Source: Heterodontus francisci (taxonomy: Eukaryota). Taken from it: a stretch of DNA of 64,000 nt. Below, piece after piece: positions 34,716 to 46,234 of the stretch. A program made the position numbers and the translations under genes. The notes beneath the pieces were generated by a model, which had not been told where the DNA came from, searched no databases, and was given only the letters and a program-made list of their open reading frames with translations. How positions within the stretch are numbered: position 1 is the stretch's first letter; each line of letters begins with the position of its first letter. Where the stretch lies: positions 109,160,380-109,224,379 of the forward strand of contig NC_090372.1 of the NCBI RefSeq assembly GCF_036365525.1. Direction: 5' to 3'.

Positions 34716-37560
34716 TGTTATGACCGAGGCGGGAGGAGTGCACTGTCTATTCTAGTTCCACTTCTTCACAGGTCACAACATATATTTAAATGTTTACCTG
34801 GTTACCGATACAGCCAATCACATATTCTATTTTTTATCCTAGAATAAATGCACCAACCAGGTTTCCTTTATAAACAACAAAATTATCCATTTATTATAAA
34901 ACAAGACTTAACCAGTAACGAAGCAAAGCATGAACACACAGATTGAAATATGAAAGTTCCCTTTTTAAATTCCCTAGTTACATCCGTAGCACTTAAAACA
35001 GCCAGAAGCGCTGCACAAAGAACAGCCAGGCGCTGCGCAAATGACTACTGGCAACACCTATGCAGTCATATTCAGCTGGCATCAGGCATTATGAGAGCTT
35101 TTGGGCCAACCATCAAGAAGATCGCCCCCCTCAAATCTAAATCAGGGGACACAATCACTGACCAACGCAAGCAAATGGACCGCTGAGTTGAGCACTACCT
35201 AGAACTGTACTCCAGGGAGAATGTTGTCACTGAGACCGCCCTCAATGCAGCCCAGTCTCTGCCAGTCATGGATGAGCTGGACATACAGCCAACAAAATCG
35301 GAACTCAGTGATGCCATTGATTCTCTAGCCAGCGGAAAAGCCCCTGGGAAGGACGGCATTACCCCTGAAATAATTAAGAGTGCTAAGCCTGCCATACTCT
35401 CAGCACTCTACGAACTTCTTTGCCTGTGCTGGGACGAAGGAGCAGTACCACAGGAAATGCGCGATGCCAATATCATCACCCTCCATAAAAACAAAGGTGA
35501 CCGCAGTGACTGCAACAACTACCGTGGAATCTCCCTGCTCAGCATAGTGGGGAAAGTCTTCGCTCGAGTCGCTTTAAACAGGCTCCAGAAGCTGGCCGAG
35601 CGCGTCTACCCTGAGGCACAGTGTGGCTTTCGAGCAGAGAGATCAACCATTGACATGCTGTTCTCCCTTCGTCAGCTACAGGAGAAATGCCGCGAACAAC
35701 AGATGCATCTCTACGTTGCTTTCAGTGATCTCACCAAAGCCTTTGACCTCGTCAGCAGACGTGGGCTCTTCAGACTACTAAAAAGATCGGATGTCCACCA
35801 AAGCTACTAAGTATCATCACCTCATTCCATGACAATATGAAAGGCACAATTCAGCATAGTGGCGCCTCATCAGACCCCTTTCCTATCCTGAGTGGCGTGA
35901 AACAGGGCTGTGTTCTCGCACCTACACTGTTTGGGATTTTCTTCTCCCTGCTGCTCTCACACGCGTTCAAGTCTTCAGAGAAGAAGGAATTTTCCTCCAC
36001 ACAAGATGAGGTAGCAGGTTGTTCAACCTTGCCCGCCTTAGAGCGAAGACCAAAGTATGGAAAGTGCCACATCAGGGAACTCCTCTTTGCTGATGATGCT
36101 GCATTAACATCTCACACTGAAGAGTGTCTGCAGAGTCTCATCGACAGGTTTGCGGCTACCTGCAACGAATTTGGCCTAACCATCAGCCTCAAGAAAACGA
36201 ACATCATGGGACAGGACGTCAGAAATGCTCCATCCATCAATATCGGCGACCACGCTCTGGAAGTGGTTCAAGAGTTCACCTACCTAGGCTCAACTATCAC
36301 CAGAAACCTGTCTCTTGATGCAGAAATCAACAAGCGCATGGGAAAGGCTTCCACTGCTATGTCCAGACTGGCCAAGAGAGTGTGGGAAAATGACGCACTG
36401 ACACGGAACACAAAAGTCTGAGTGTATCAAGCCTGTGTCCTCAGTACCTTGCTCTACGGCAGCGAGGCCTGGACAACGTATGTCAGCGAAGAGTGACGTC
36501 TCAATTCATTCCATCTTCGCTGCCTCCGGAGAATGTTTGGCATCAGGTGGCAGGGCCACATCTCCAACACAGTAGTCCTCGAGGCGGCCAACACCCCCAG
36601 CTTATGCACACTACTGAGTCAGCGGCGCTTGAGATGGCTTGGCCATGTGAGCCGCATGGAAGATGGCAGGATCCCCAAGGACACATTGTACAGCGAGCTC
36701 GTCACTGGTATCAGACCTACCGGCCGTCCATGTCTCCGCTTTAAAGATGTCTGCAAAAGCGACACGAAGTCCTGTAATATTGATCACAAGTCATGGGAGT
36801 CAGTTGCCAGCGATCGCCAGAGCTGGCGGGCAGCCATAAAGGTGGGGCTAAAGTGTGGCAAGTCGAAGAGACTTAGCAGTTGGCAGGAAAAAAGACAGAA
36901 GTGCAAGGGAAGAGCCAATTGTGTAACAGCCCCGACAACCAATTTTTTCTGCAGCACCTGTGGAAGAGTCTGTCACTCTAGAATTGGCCTTTATAGCCAC
37001 TCCAGGCGCTGCTCCACAAATCACTGACCACCTCCAGGCACTTACCCGTTGTCTCTCGAGACAAGGAGGCCAAAGAAGAAGAAGAAGAATTACACTCACA
37101 CACACACACATACACACACACACACTGGAAAAAATGCAGAAATTCTCTCTGTAGAGGTCTGTTACAAAAAAAAAGACTACTTTGGCCAAATCCTTGCTAA
37201 TTCTTGAAGAAAAAAGAGAAGATATTGTTCCTTTCTTTGGTCTGGCATCTGGGTATATGGAACTGGGTCACTGGGATTGTTTCAGAAGCAGTCTGTTCTG
37301 GAGATGTTGAGAATTATTTGATTGGGCTTTCCAGGAGAAATGTGGTATCAGGGTTTTCCGCCAGCACACACTTGAATTGCAGGAATTTTTTTCTAGTTTC
37401 TCAGGAGCTATGCAGCACCAGGATTTTAGCTCTCCAAAACTTGATCTTTACAGAATTCTTTCAATGACGTAGAGAAAGAGATGAACTGGTTGGTTTCTTT
37501 TTCCTTGGCAGGAAAAACACCAACTTACCACAAACTTTACTTACCACAAACCTTGAAGAC
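34716..37560 (-). mobile_element. Gypsy-type LTR (related to the 44222 LTR), interrupted by an RTE LINE
   Basis: The reverse complement of 34716-34865 (gaaacctggttggtgc...gtgacctgtg...ggtcataaca) aligns with 45960-46110. The right boundary is approximate. Confidence 0.7.
34975..37089 (+). mobile_element. RTE-clade (BovB-like) LINE, 5'-truncated, RT domain with few disruptions
   Basis: PEAQCGFRAERSTIDMLFSLRQLQEKCREQ, GVKQGCVLAPTLF, LLFADDAAL, RRLRWLGHVSRM, C-terminal CSTCGRVCHSRIGLYSH, and a (GAA)n tail. Confidence 0.93.
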
Positions 37561-37849
37561 TGCTTGACAAATTCTCAAATATTTCCATGAAAACATTGAT
37601 ATTCTATGTTCATTTGAATGTGGGTCTTTGTCCTCCATTGCCACCATCATTTCTTCCTCTTCACTTGTGTGCTGTGATTCATTAAGGGCTCCATCCTACA
37701 TCACACTGACTGAACCTCTCCATTTGTGACAGTGTTTGCCAGTGTTGGAATGAGTGAAGCAAGCTGCTATAACGTGCTGGAAGAGGGCAGATGATAGCTT
37801 CAGTCATGTGTCTTCAGTAGGCTACCTTGCTCGGGCAGCTATGGAGTCA

Positions 37850-37955
37850 AGAGAATAAACATATTATGCAATGTTGGAAATACTCAGCAGGTCTGGCAGC
37901 ATCTGTGGCGAGAGAAACAGAGTTTATGTTTCAGGTCTGTGACCTTTCACCAGTA
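37850..37955 (-). mobile_element. Penelope-like terminal fragment with hammerhead-like core (antisense)
   Basis: Minus strand reads CTGGTGA-a-aggtc-aca-gacct-GAAAC...cacagatgctgccagacctgctgagt. Confidence 0.7.
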
Positions 37956-38490
37956 CATTAGGAATGCGTAAGTGGATGTGTAGGTGGAAGAAAGCACAAA
38001 CGGCAAAAGGTGGCACTAGTTGAGCTTGGAGGGGGATTCCCTACTCAGACTCTGGCCTTGCTTCTTTCTTATTTCTTTTGAGGGTCTATTTTCTCATAGT
38101 GAGTCAATGGATACTATTGTGAGGTCCCTCTCTGATACATGCCCATTTTCACCTACGATGTGTTTGTGACAAAATATGAAAGAGATTTAAATTGCCCAAA
38201 CAACCTTATGTGAAACCAAGTATTGACAATGTGTTTGACGATACTAGATTGCAAGATATGTCACATTAGAAGCATATTGCTATGCCAGTTATAATGTGCA
38301 GCAACATTGAGGTGCATGTGCATTTTGCAACCAGGAGAACATTTGCCCAAGTGATGTGCATGTTGTCTGTATGATGCCACACCAAGAAAAGAGTGAACTG
38401 TTATTGACTTGTATCATAAGATTATATGCTAAAAGTAGGCAAGGGGCTTTCCTGAGTCTGGAAAATGTCTTTCTCAACTGCTGACATAAT

Positions 38491-39326
38491 GGGCTGAATT
38501 TAGCTCCCCCCAGGCTTTGGGATCTGTGGCGGGGCCGGGGGTGGGCGGGGGGTGGTGGCGCTCGCCCCAACCCCGACGCCCTGAGGGCCCGGCCTGATCT
38601 TCACAGAGGTGGAGAGGCCTCGCGTCAGCATCCCCCTCTGGGCTTGGTGATGGTTCCTACATTTGCATATTTAAATAATTTAAATACCTGGCATAATTGC
38701 AAGCCTGCCGCTGCCTCTGGTCCCGGTGCGATCTTCGTACCGCTTGCCGGCACTCCTGCGCACTCCGATCCCTGTCCAGGGAATCAAGGCGCCACACTGG
38801 TTGGGAGGGGGGAGCAGGTCATTTTTCCTGTCCTGGAGGGGGTGGAGCAGCGATAAAGGTCCCTCACTGGTGGAGGGATGGTGGGAAGTGGTAAAGTTAA
38901 TAGTCTTTGCACTTTGAGGGGGGAAAGGTCAGTTAGAAAATGTAAGCGTTTTGGGGTGGAGAGGGAAATTGTCTAATATTGTGGGTGTTGCGGGTATGTG
39001 TGTGGGGGGTTGCGTGGGTGGGAGAAGTCCAAAAATACCAGTTTTAATTGTTTATAAAAATGTTTTGTGATTTCTTTAAAAATCCCAGAAGGGCTCCAAG
39101 CCCTTTAAAAATTGCGTTAGTGCCTGCGCACAGGCAGCTGATGCCATTGCCAGTGATGGATGGGCTGCCCCCTCCACAGAATTGGAGGGGGCGGGATGCC
39201 CCATCCATTCAAATGTGCCTCCGCACTGAAGATTGCGGTGGCTCACTGACATGCGGCCGGCGCGGGCCAGTCGTCACTTCCTTCGCCCGCTGCTGACCTC
39301 GGTGGCAGCAGAACAAGATTACGGCC
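38491..39326. mobile_element. Harbinger MITE, 3-bp TSD AAT
   Basis: TIRs gggctgaatttag / caagattacggcc. aat at 38488-38490 and 39327-39329. Confidence 0.82.
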
Positions 39327-39834
39327 AATGTATGCACAAGTGAGAAAGCATTCACATGCTCTGCTACCTCCTCCCAGAGTGCCCTGTGCTCTGAAGAGAA
39401 TCACACTTGCTGGCATCTCATGAAGAAAGACCTCAAAAGGAGCAGTTCTCCTCCTCCCCCGATTTCTGCAATGGTCAATTTGAGTTGACAAAATTGTAAT
39501 AAAATCAATGAGGAGGCTTTATGTGTGACTGATCAAATATCCTATCCATTGATCCCTGCATGCTCTCTACACACTAAGTGATCTGTACAAGGAATGTAAT
39601 TAATTTTTTTTTACTGACCTGACACTGTGAACTCAGGCGAACAGGTCATGCCTGTAGATGGACATAGATCTTGACTTTGTGCATTAATATAAAATGGGAT
39701 AGTGAATCAACAGCCTGTTTTTGCATCACTCCCGATTTTTAAAACGTTTGACTTCAATGGAAATAAAAATCGAAAGAGGTGTAGAACAGGCTACTGACAC
39801 ACTATAGACTGCTTTTCACTTTTGCACGAAGTCA

Positions 39835-40545
39835 AGGAATTTTACGCACCCCCCCCCCCAAAGAGCGGGAATATGGTGGGGGGGGCGTAAAATGGAGTGG
39901 GACGCTCGGGGAGCCCTTCCCGACTTGCTCCTGCCTCCTCCACCGCTTCACACAGGGCTACAGCAACGAAAAATGGCCTGCCCAGCCCAGGCCAATCTGC
40001 CTGCCGCCATGGGAATTTTACTCATGGCTGGTCGGGCGGCTCAGGCCCAAGAGAAACCACCTGACAAAAGCAGGCGGCTTTCTGTCAGCCTGTTTTGGGG
40101 GAGGGAAACTCACATGATCAAGCAACCTTTGCCTGACGGAGGGCCGCCCCCATTGCCCCAACCACCCCCAATAGCCAACACGCCCCCCCCAATCCTCCCA
40201 ATCGACCATCCTTGCCTCACCGGTGCCCGACCGATCACCCTTGGCAAGGCACCAAAAACTTGCTTTCGTTCCGGGGTTCCCTGACATCATCATTCCAATG
40301 GCTGGGTTGCAGTTCCAGCAGTGGCCACCGCTCCCAGTGGCGCTGCTGGGACAATCAGCTGCCGGCCCACTGATTGGCTGGCAGCTCCATTAGGCGGGAC
40401 TTCCTGCCTCACTGAGGCAGCCGTCCTGCCTCAGACCAATTTAAGTCCTGTGGACTGCAAAATGCGGTCCGCATCCCCAGGATAGGCAGAGGCGGGTTCG
40501 CCACCGACTTTTCATTCGGTGGACGGCTCCTGTCAATGTTATTGC
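39835..40545. mobile_element. Harbinger MITE (family of 44492), ends eroded
   Basis: Starts ggaattttacgc. Shares blocks with 44492-45226 (gcagttccagcagtggccac, gggttcgccaccgactttt). Confidence 0.75.
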
Positions 40546-41959
40546 CCAGCCAGTGAGACTAATATTACACTATTGGGGTTATCTTATGTATTCAGGTTCT
40601 CAGCCTAGAGGCTTGCCCATCAGGAGCACAGATTGGAAATTTGAGCGCATGGCCCAGACAATTTCCAAGCACATATTTTAATGGAGGGAAAATTGTGGGC
40701 AATATGCTTCCAGATTCCCAATATGCCTACTTGGTGGGCAAGGCTTTAGGCTGGGAATGTAAACTCATAAATCTATCCCTTATAAGTTTACTCAAGACAG
40801 GTGTCCGAAATAAAGAAGATGGTGACGATTTACCACATTAAGGTTCTAGCCTTGAACTGACTGCTAGTAATCGAGTGCATTTTGAGAACTAACACAATGA
40901 GAACCAAACTGCTTGAAAATACAGACTTTGGTTAAAATCAAATTTGATTGAGGATGCATGTAAGAGATGGCCTCCAGGTGGTCAGCCAATCAACTCCATC
41001 AGTGTGTTTATTGGTTTCAGATGAGTATTTTTCATTACTTACCAGCTGTGAGTATTGTTTCAGCTGAGTTAGCATCTCTTCTAAGCTGGAAAGAAATTAA
41101 AAATGGTTTCAACAAGGGACATTTTATTTGAGCTAATTACACTGATGCTAACACTCCTACATCATGTTATTCTATGCACCACAGAGCAAAAAATATTTCT
41201 TGTTTGGCAATACCAATGTGCAAGCTTATTTTGCCAAATTAACATGCTGGGCTCATTTAAATGAATTTGTTATCTATAATTTTTCTCAGCGCTCAGAATT
41301 CTATCTGTGTGTCATGAAAGGAAGATACTCCCATGTTGCTCAAGAATTTGAACAAGTTTTCTTGAATGTTAGAAAATTAACTTTTTCATTTTATGTATTA
41401 TTTTCACCATTCTCTACAATTCACCTTCTCTGAAGACAGCAACAGTTGGTTTATTGTTGCAGTAGCCACAGTTCTCCAGTATCTTGTTCAAATGGTCATT
41501 TTTCATATGTGAGTACAGGCAACAAACATATTTGACCACAGAAACCAAGACTGATTTTGGCACAAAGGTCACTCAGTCCTGTAGATGTATGTATCCGTAA
41601 TGGACAGAAACACCTGCAGGTCCCACTGATCTCCATGTCTGAATTCCTGATATTTACTCCCAGCAGGCAAAGCTTTACACTTGGAACATGAATTCATATA
41701 ATTTACTCTGTAGTGTCTTTCTCAGTAGCCAGCTGTGCCACAGGACAGAAAATCTGAGCAAGTGTACAGTCAACTTACTGGTTTGTGCTCCTGTCAGGTG
41801 AGGCTGTACACCAGGTGAGCAACTTTGTAAAATCACCTTCGTAATATAATCCTGAATGTTATTAAGGTTAGCTGTCCGTCTACTTATTGACTGTAGTCTA
41901 CTGGGTCCATTCACTTTACAAGGTGCTATCAATATTCATCTAAAGAGCATTGAGGTCAC

Positions 41960-42660
41960 AAATTGTAGTCAGAAGGGACTTTGAAACAAGGGGTCATACC
42001 TCATCAATCTACTGGATTTCTTTGAAGAGCTAAATGGGTCAACAGATGTATGTCATCCAGTGAATTTATTTTACTTAGACTTTCCAAAGGTATTTCATTA
42101 AAGTTCTATACAGGCAAATCTTTTAAAAGTGTACATAATTAATGATAGATTTAATGATAGATTTAACTGGTTAAATTGAAAATGGTTTGACAATATGAAG
42201 CAGAGAGTGATGATAAATGGTTCATGCTTTGTCTCGCGACAGAGACGAGTGGAGCTATCAGGGGTTCTTCTGGGTCCTATGCTTTTTACACTTTTCAAAC
42301 AAACTTTCAGTTATAACATTTACTCAATATCTGAGGCTACATGATAGGGAAACAGTGTAAAAGAGACTATATTAAGAAGAATCTGAACAAATGAAATGAG
42401 TGGACTTTGTATGACAGATATATTCTAATGTGGATAAATGTTATGTCTAGCTTCATTAGGGAAAAAACTGAATGAAGACATGATCCAGATCCTTAAAAAT
42501 AATAAGACATGAATGATCTAAATGTTGTTTAAGATAAACTTTGAAGGTTTTGTCCATAGAATAGTAGATATGTGGAATTGATTTCCAAAAGCAATTAATT
42601 TTACATCAGTTAACGGCTTTGAAAAGTATTGGATCATTATTTGCTTATAAATAGAATTTC
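41960..42660 (+). mobile_element. Very old, AT-drifted CR1-like RT fragment
   Basis: Residual motifs aatctactggatttctttgaagag (NLLDFFEE), tacttagactttccaaag (YLDF.K) and tcaggggttcttctgggtcct (G.LLGP). Confidence 0.6.
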
Positions 42661-43213
42661 AGGGTAGTTTGATTGGTTTTGTTGACATGATTCAGATATG
42701 TTGAGAACTGCAAATGAAGAAATTCCAAACTGTCACCACCAACTGCTTTTTCCTCACCTGTGCCTTGTGATTCACCCTGATGCGACATAAAGCAAGCGAG
42801 CTGCTAGTATTAAAAATCTAGCTGCCAGCAATTCGGTGTTCTCCCAATGTATCCTTAGCAATGCACTGGGATAAAAATGTTAATATCGGAACATTAGTCT
42901 AATTACTTTGAGAACTGTAATTTAATTGTCCAGAAACTATGACCACACTATAGTTATGAGTAAGCTTTGCAGGACCCTAACTAATCAGAAAAAGTAGGCC
43001 AAACCTGAGTAATAAATTCATATTCTGACTGTCAGACATCAGCGATCAGAACAGTACGCCTAATCTTATTAAGGCAACAAAACAAAACCAATTTCATTTT
43101 TCTTAACCAGTACAATTCCAAGCATGAAGCTTTGGATACCTTATGATTAGCACTGCTGTCAAGGAATATCATCTGCATTGGAAGGATAATCTGCAGGACC
43201 CCTAGCACAATAT

Positions 43214-43998
43214 GGCCTGGATTTTGTTCTCTTCCCGACATTGGGCTCTGTGGTGGTGGGGTGCTAGAAGGTCAGAGCAGCAGCAGCCCACCACGGAACC
43301 CGATGTTTGGATTGCCGGGCCTGATCTTCCCGGCGGCAGGAAAGCTCCATGACAGGCCTTGGCCGCTCTGTGATGGGACCCGACGTTATATATTTAATTA
43401 TCTGTTTACATTAATTACAATCTAATCCACAGAGAACCTACCTGCAATTCCAGATCTTCAGCGCAACGGGCGGTACTCTCGCGCCTTCACATTCCCATCC
43501 AGGGAAAGCTGGCACCACCGAGGTGGGGAAGGGGAGAACTCTGCATTTGTAGTGTAGTGGGGGAGGGGGAACGGGATGAATTCTGCATTTTTAGTTTAGT
43601 GGGGCTGGGAGAAGGGGTGACCTCTGCACTTAGTGCAGTTGTGAGGTGGAGGGAAGGGGCTAACTCTGCACTTCGTGCATTTGGAGGAGAGAGGGTCAAA
43701 TCTGCGTTGCTAGTGTAGTTGAGGGTGGGGATAGGGGCAACTCTGCAGTTTCTTTGCTGGGCAGGTAGCCCTTTAAAGATAGCACCAGTGCCTGCACAGT
43801 AACGATTGACACCATTCACGGCATCGCCAACTCTGCCCCCGCCACATGATTGGGAGGGGTGGGGGGTTGTCCTGCATATGACAATGAGCCGCCTGGCTCA
43901 AAATCACGGCGGCGTGGTAGCATTCAGCCTGTGTGTACTGGCTGCTATTTTTTTACTCCTGTCGCCACTCCTGGCTGCTGGACCACAAGATTCAGCCC
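43214..43998. mobile_element. Harbinger MITE, 3-bp TSD TAT, with internal ~38-bp tandem repeats (43520-43750)
   Basis: TIRs ggcctggattttg / caagattcagccc. tat at 43211-43213 and 43999-44001. Repeated ctctgca...tagtg..gt.gggg units inside. Confidence 0.82.
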
Positions 43999-44491
43999 TA
44001 TGTTTCTGATACGTAAGCAATTACACCCGAACTAGATTATGAGTAAACTTGTGTTAAGGACGCTTGCTAAAGCTCAACTCAAATTCAGCTCCTCCCAAGA
44101 CATCTGGACAGGAAGAGTGACTCACACAAAATTCTTCCGTGGGAGCCTGATTTCTAAGCATATTTATATTCACAGGAGATCTAATCCACCTCGTCTATCA
44201 CACCATCAAGCAACTTACTTGTGTTACAAGGTTTTGTTTTTGTATTAAAAACTTAGAATTCTGTGTCTTTTAATAAACTGAAAATAGGATGTTCAGTGGG
44301 CATTAAAGACATCTGGAAATAGTTGAAAGTTTTGCAATGTTTTGCAAGGAAGTTCATAACAAAAGCTGAACTTTATGGGTGCTTTGAAAGGAAGTTGAAC
44401 TTGTACAAGGACAGGAAAGCAAGCAATTTCAAGGAAACTACAGGGGTTTGACTTTCCTCAGAGAAACTTTTTGAATGAAAAAGGAGACTCT

Positions 44492-45226
44492 GGGCTGAAT
44501 TTTACACCGCCCCCAGCAGATTGGATGGGGGAGTGGGGGCAGCGTAAAATTGAGCGGGCAGTTCTGGGAGGCCTACCCACCCCGCTCCTGCCTCTGGTCA
44601 ACTTTACAGCAGTCGGGCGGTGGGGGGAATGGCCCGCCCGCCCGAGGCCAATCAGGGCTCTTAAGGGGCCACTTAACAGCTACCTAAGGGCCCTCACCTG
44701 CCTCCAAAGGTATTTTACCCATGGCAAGTGGGCTTGCTGGGGACGTGAAAGGCCGTCCAGCGATAGCTGCCGGCATTTCTGTGCGCCGGGGGGGGCCATG
44801 GCAGTCAGGCACAGTCAGGCCCGGTTGAGGGCCACTCTCACCTCCCAACCCATCCAGGGACCTAAGAAGCCCCCCTCCCCCCAAACGACCACTCCAGCCT
44901 CACCAGGGTAGGACCGATCTCGCTGGTGAGGCATGCCCAACTTACCTCGTCTCCTGGCTCCATCTGGTCGGCTGGGCTGCAGTCCCAGCAGTGGCCACTG
45001 CTCCTGGCGGCACTGTTTGGACCAAGAGCTGCCGGCCCGCTGATTGGCCAGCAGCTCACTGAGGTGGGACTTCCTCCCTCAAGTGGGTGGAAGTCCTGCC
45101 TTAGGACAATTAAAGCCCAGGGACCCGTAAAATGCGGGATGGATCCCCAGGCTAGGCAGAAGTGGGTTCGCCACCGACTTTTACATCGGTGGCAAATTCC
45201 TGTCTGCCTAAGGTAAAATCGAGCCC
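44492..45226. mobile_element. Harbinger MITE inserted in the 5' LTR, 3-bp TSD TCT
   Basis: TIRs gggctgaattttac / gtaaaatcgagccc. tct at 44489-44491 and 45227-45229. Confidence 0.88.
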
Positions 45227-46117
45227 TCTATGTCTGGACATGTAACCATGTTCAGGAATGTGTTTTTTTTTTAACTTTGGACCCTTTAAAAAGCCAGTGA
45301 GTTGGACAAAGAGCAGGCATTTCAAATCTTTGCTTTGACCTGCCTGGAGCAAGAGAGGAAGACCCAGAAAAGTGTTACCTCTCTCTGTAAAGGAATCCTA
45401 CGTCTCTTGAGAAGAAACCCTGTATTTGAAAGATGGCAGATTCCTATTGCCTCCTGTCTCTGAAGAATCCCTGCATCTAGTATGGTTCCTGGTGCCTCTT
45501 GTGTTCTAAAAAATCCTGAAATCTGAAGAATTATTTTACAGCTAGACTACTGCTGACTTAAGCAGACCTGTTACTGCACCCCAGATGGAAGACCTGTGTG
45601 ACGCCTGTTGCAGTTAAGTTGCTCTGAATGCCTACCCATCATAGACTATTCAGCAACCTCTCCTGGACAGACTTCAAGTAGCATCTGACTATTCATCTCT
45701 GGGACAGCTCACTGTACTAAAAACTTCCTACCAGAACATGATAAACTTAATCATTTTATTTTTTTCCTTTTTATTCCTAAGAAACAGCTGTAAACCAAAA
45801 ATCCTTTTCCCCAGTTGACCGTTCTTTTTGAATGTATGTGTGTGTGCATGAGGGCTAAAGAACTAAGGAGCTTTGCATATATATATATATAAATTTATCT
45901 CAGTAGTAGTTAAGCCTTATTATTTCTTTTGTAATAAATAGTTAATGTTGTTGCTTCAAGAAACCTGGTTTGGTGTGCTTTATTCTGGGGAGCAAATAAT
46001 GTGTTTAATTTGGCTATTCTTCGGTAGGTGGGAAACTTTATTGATATACTGTGACCTGTGGAATCATTGGACTGAAGTAACAATGCCTTATTCTCACCTT
46101 GGTCATAACATATTAAT

Positions 46118-46135
46118 TGGGGGCTCTTGCGTGAT
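46118..46135 (+). promoter_or_regulatory. Primer-binding site, tRNA-Pro
   Basis: tgggggctcttgcgtgat matches 15/18 of the tRNA-Pro complement TGGGGGCTCGTCCGGGAT, starting 8 nt after the 5' LTR end. Confidence 0.8.
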
Positions 46136-46234
46136 TAAAAACCAATGCTAATAATGTTAATTGTGAGGGGAGTAATAATTGAAAGAGAAAAAAATAAAAG
46201 AACCAGGTAATAGGGTAAGGTCTTTACCATTGGA

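Noticed and set aside
38491-45226. GC-rich patches as CpG-island promoters
   Set aside because: Each coincides with a TIR-bounded Harbinger MITE.
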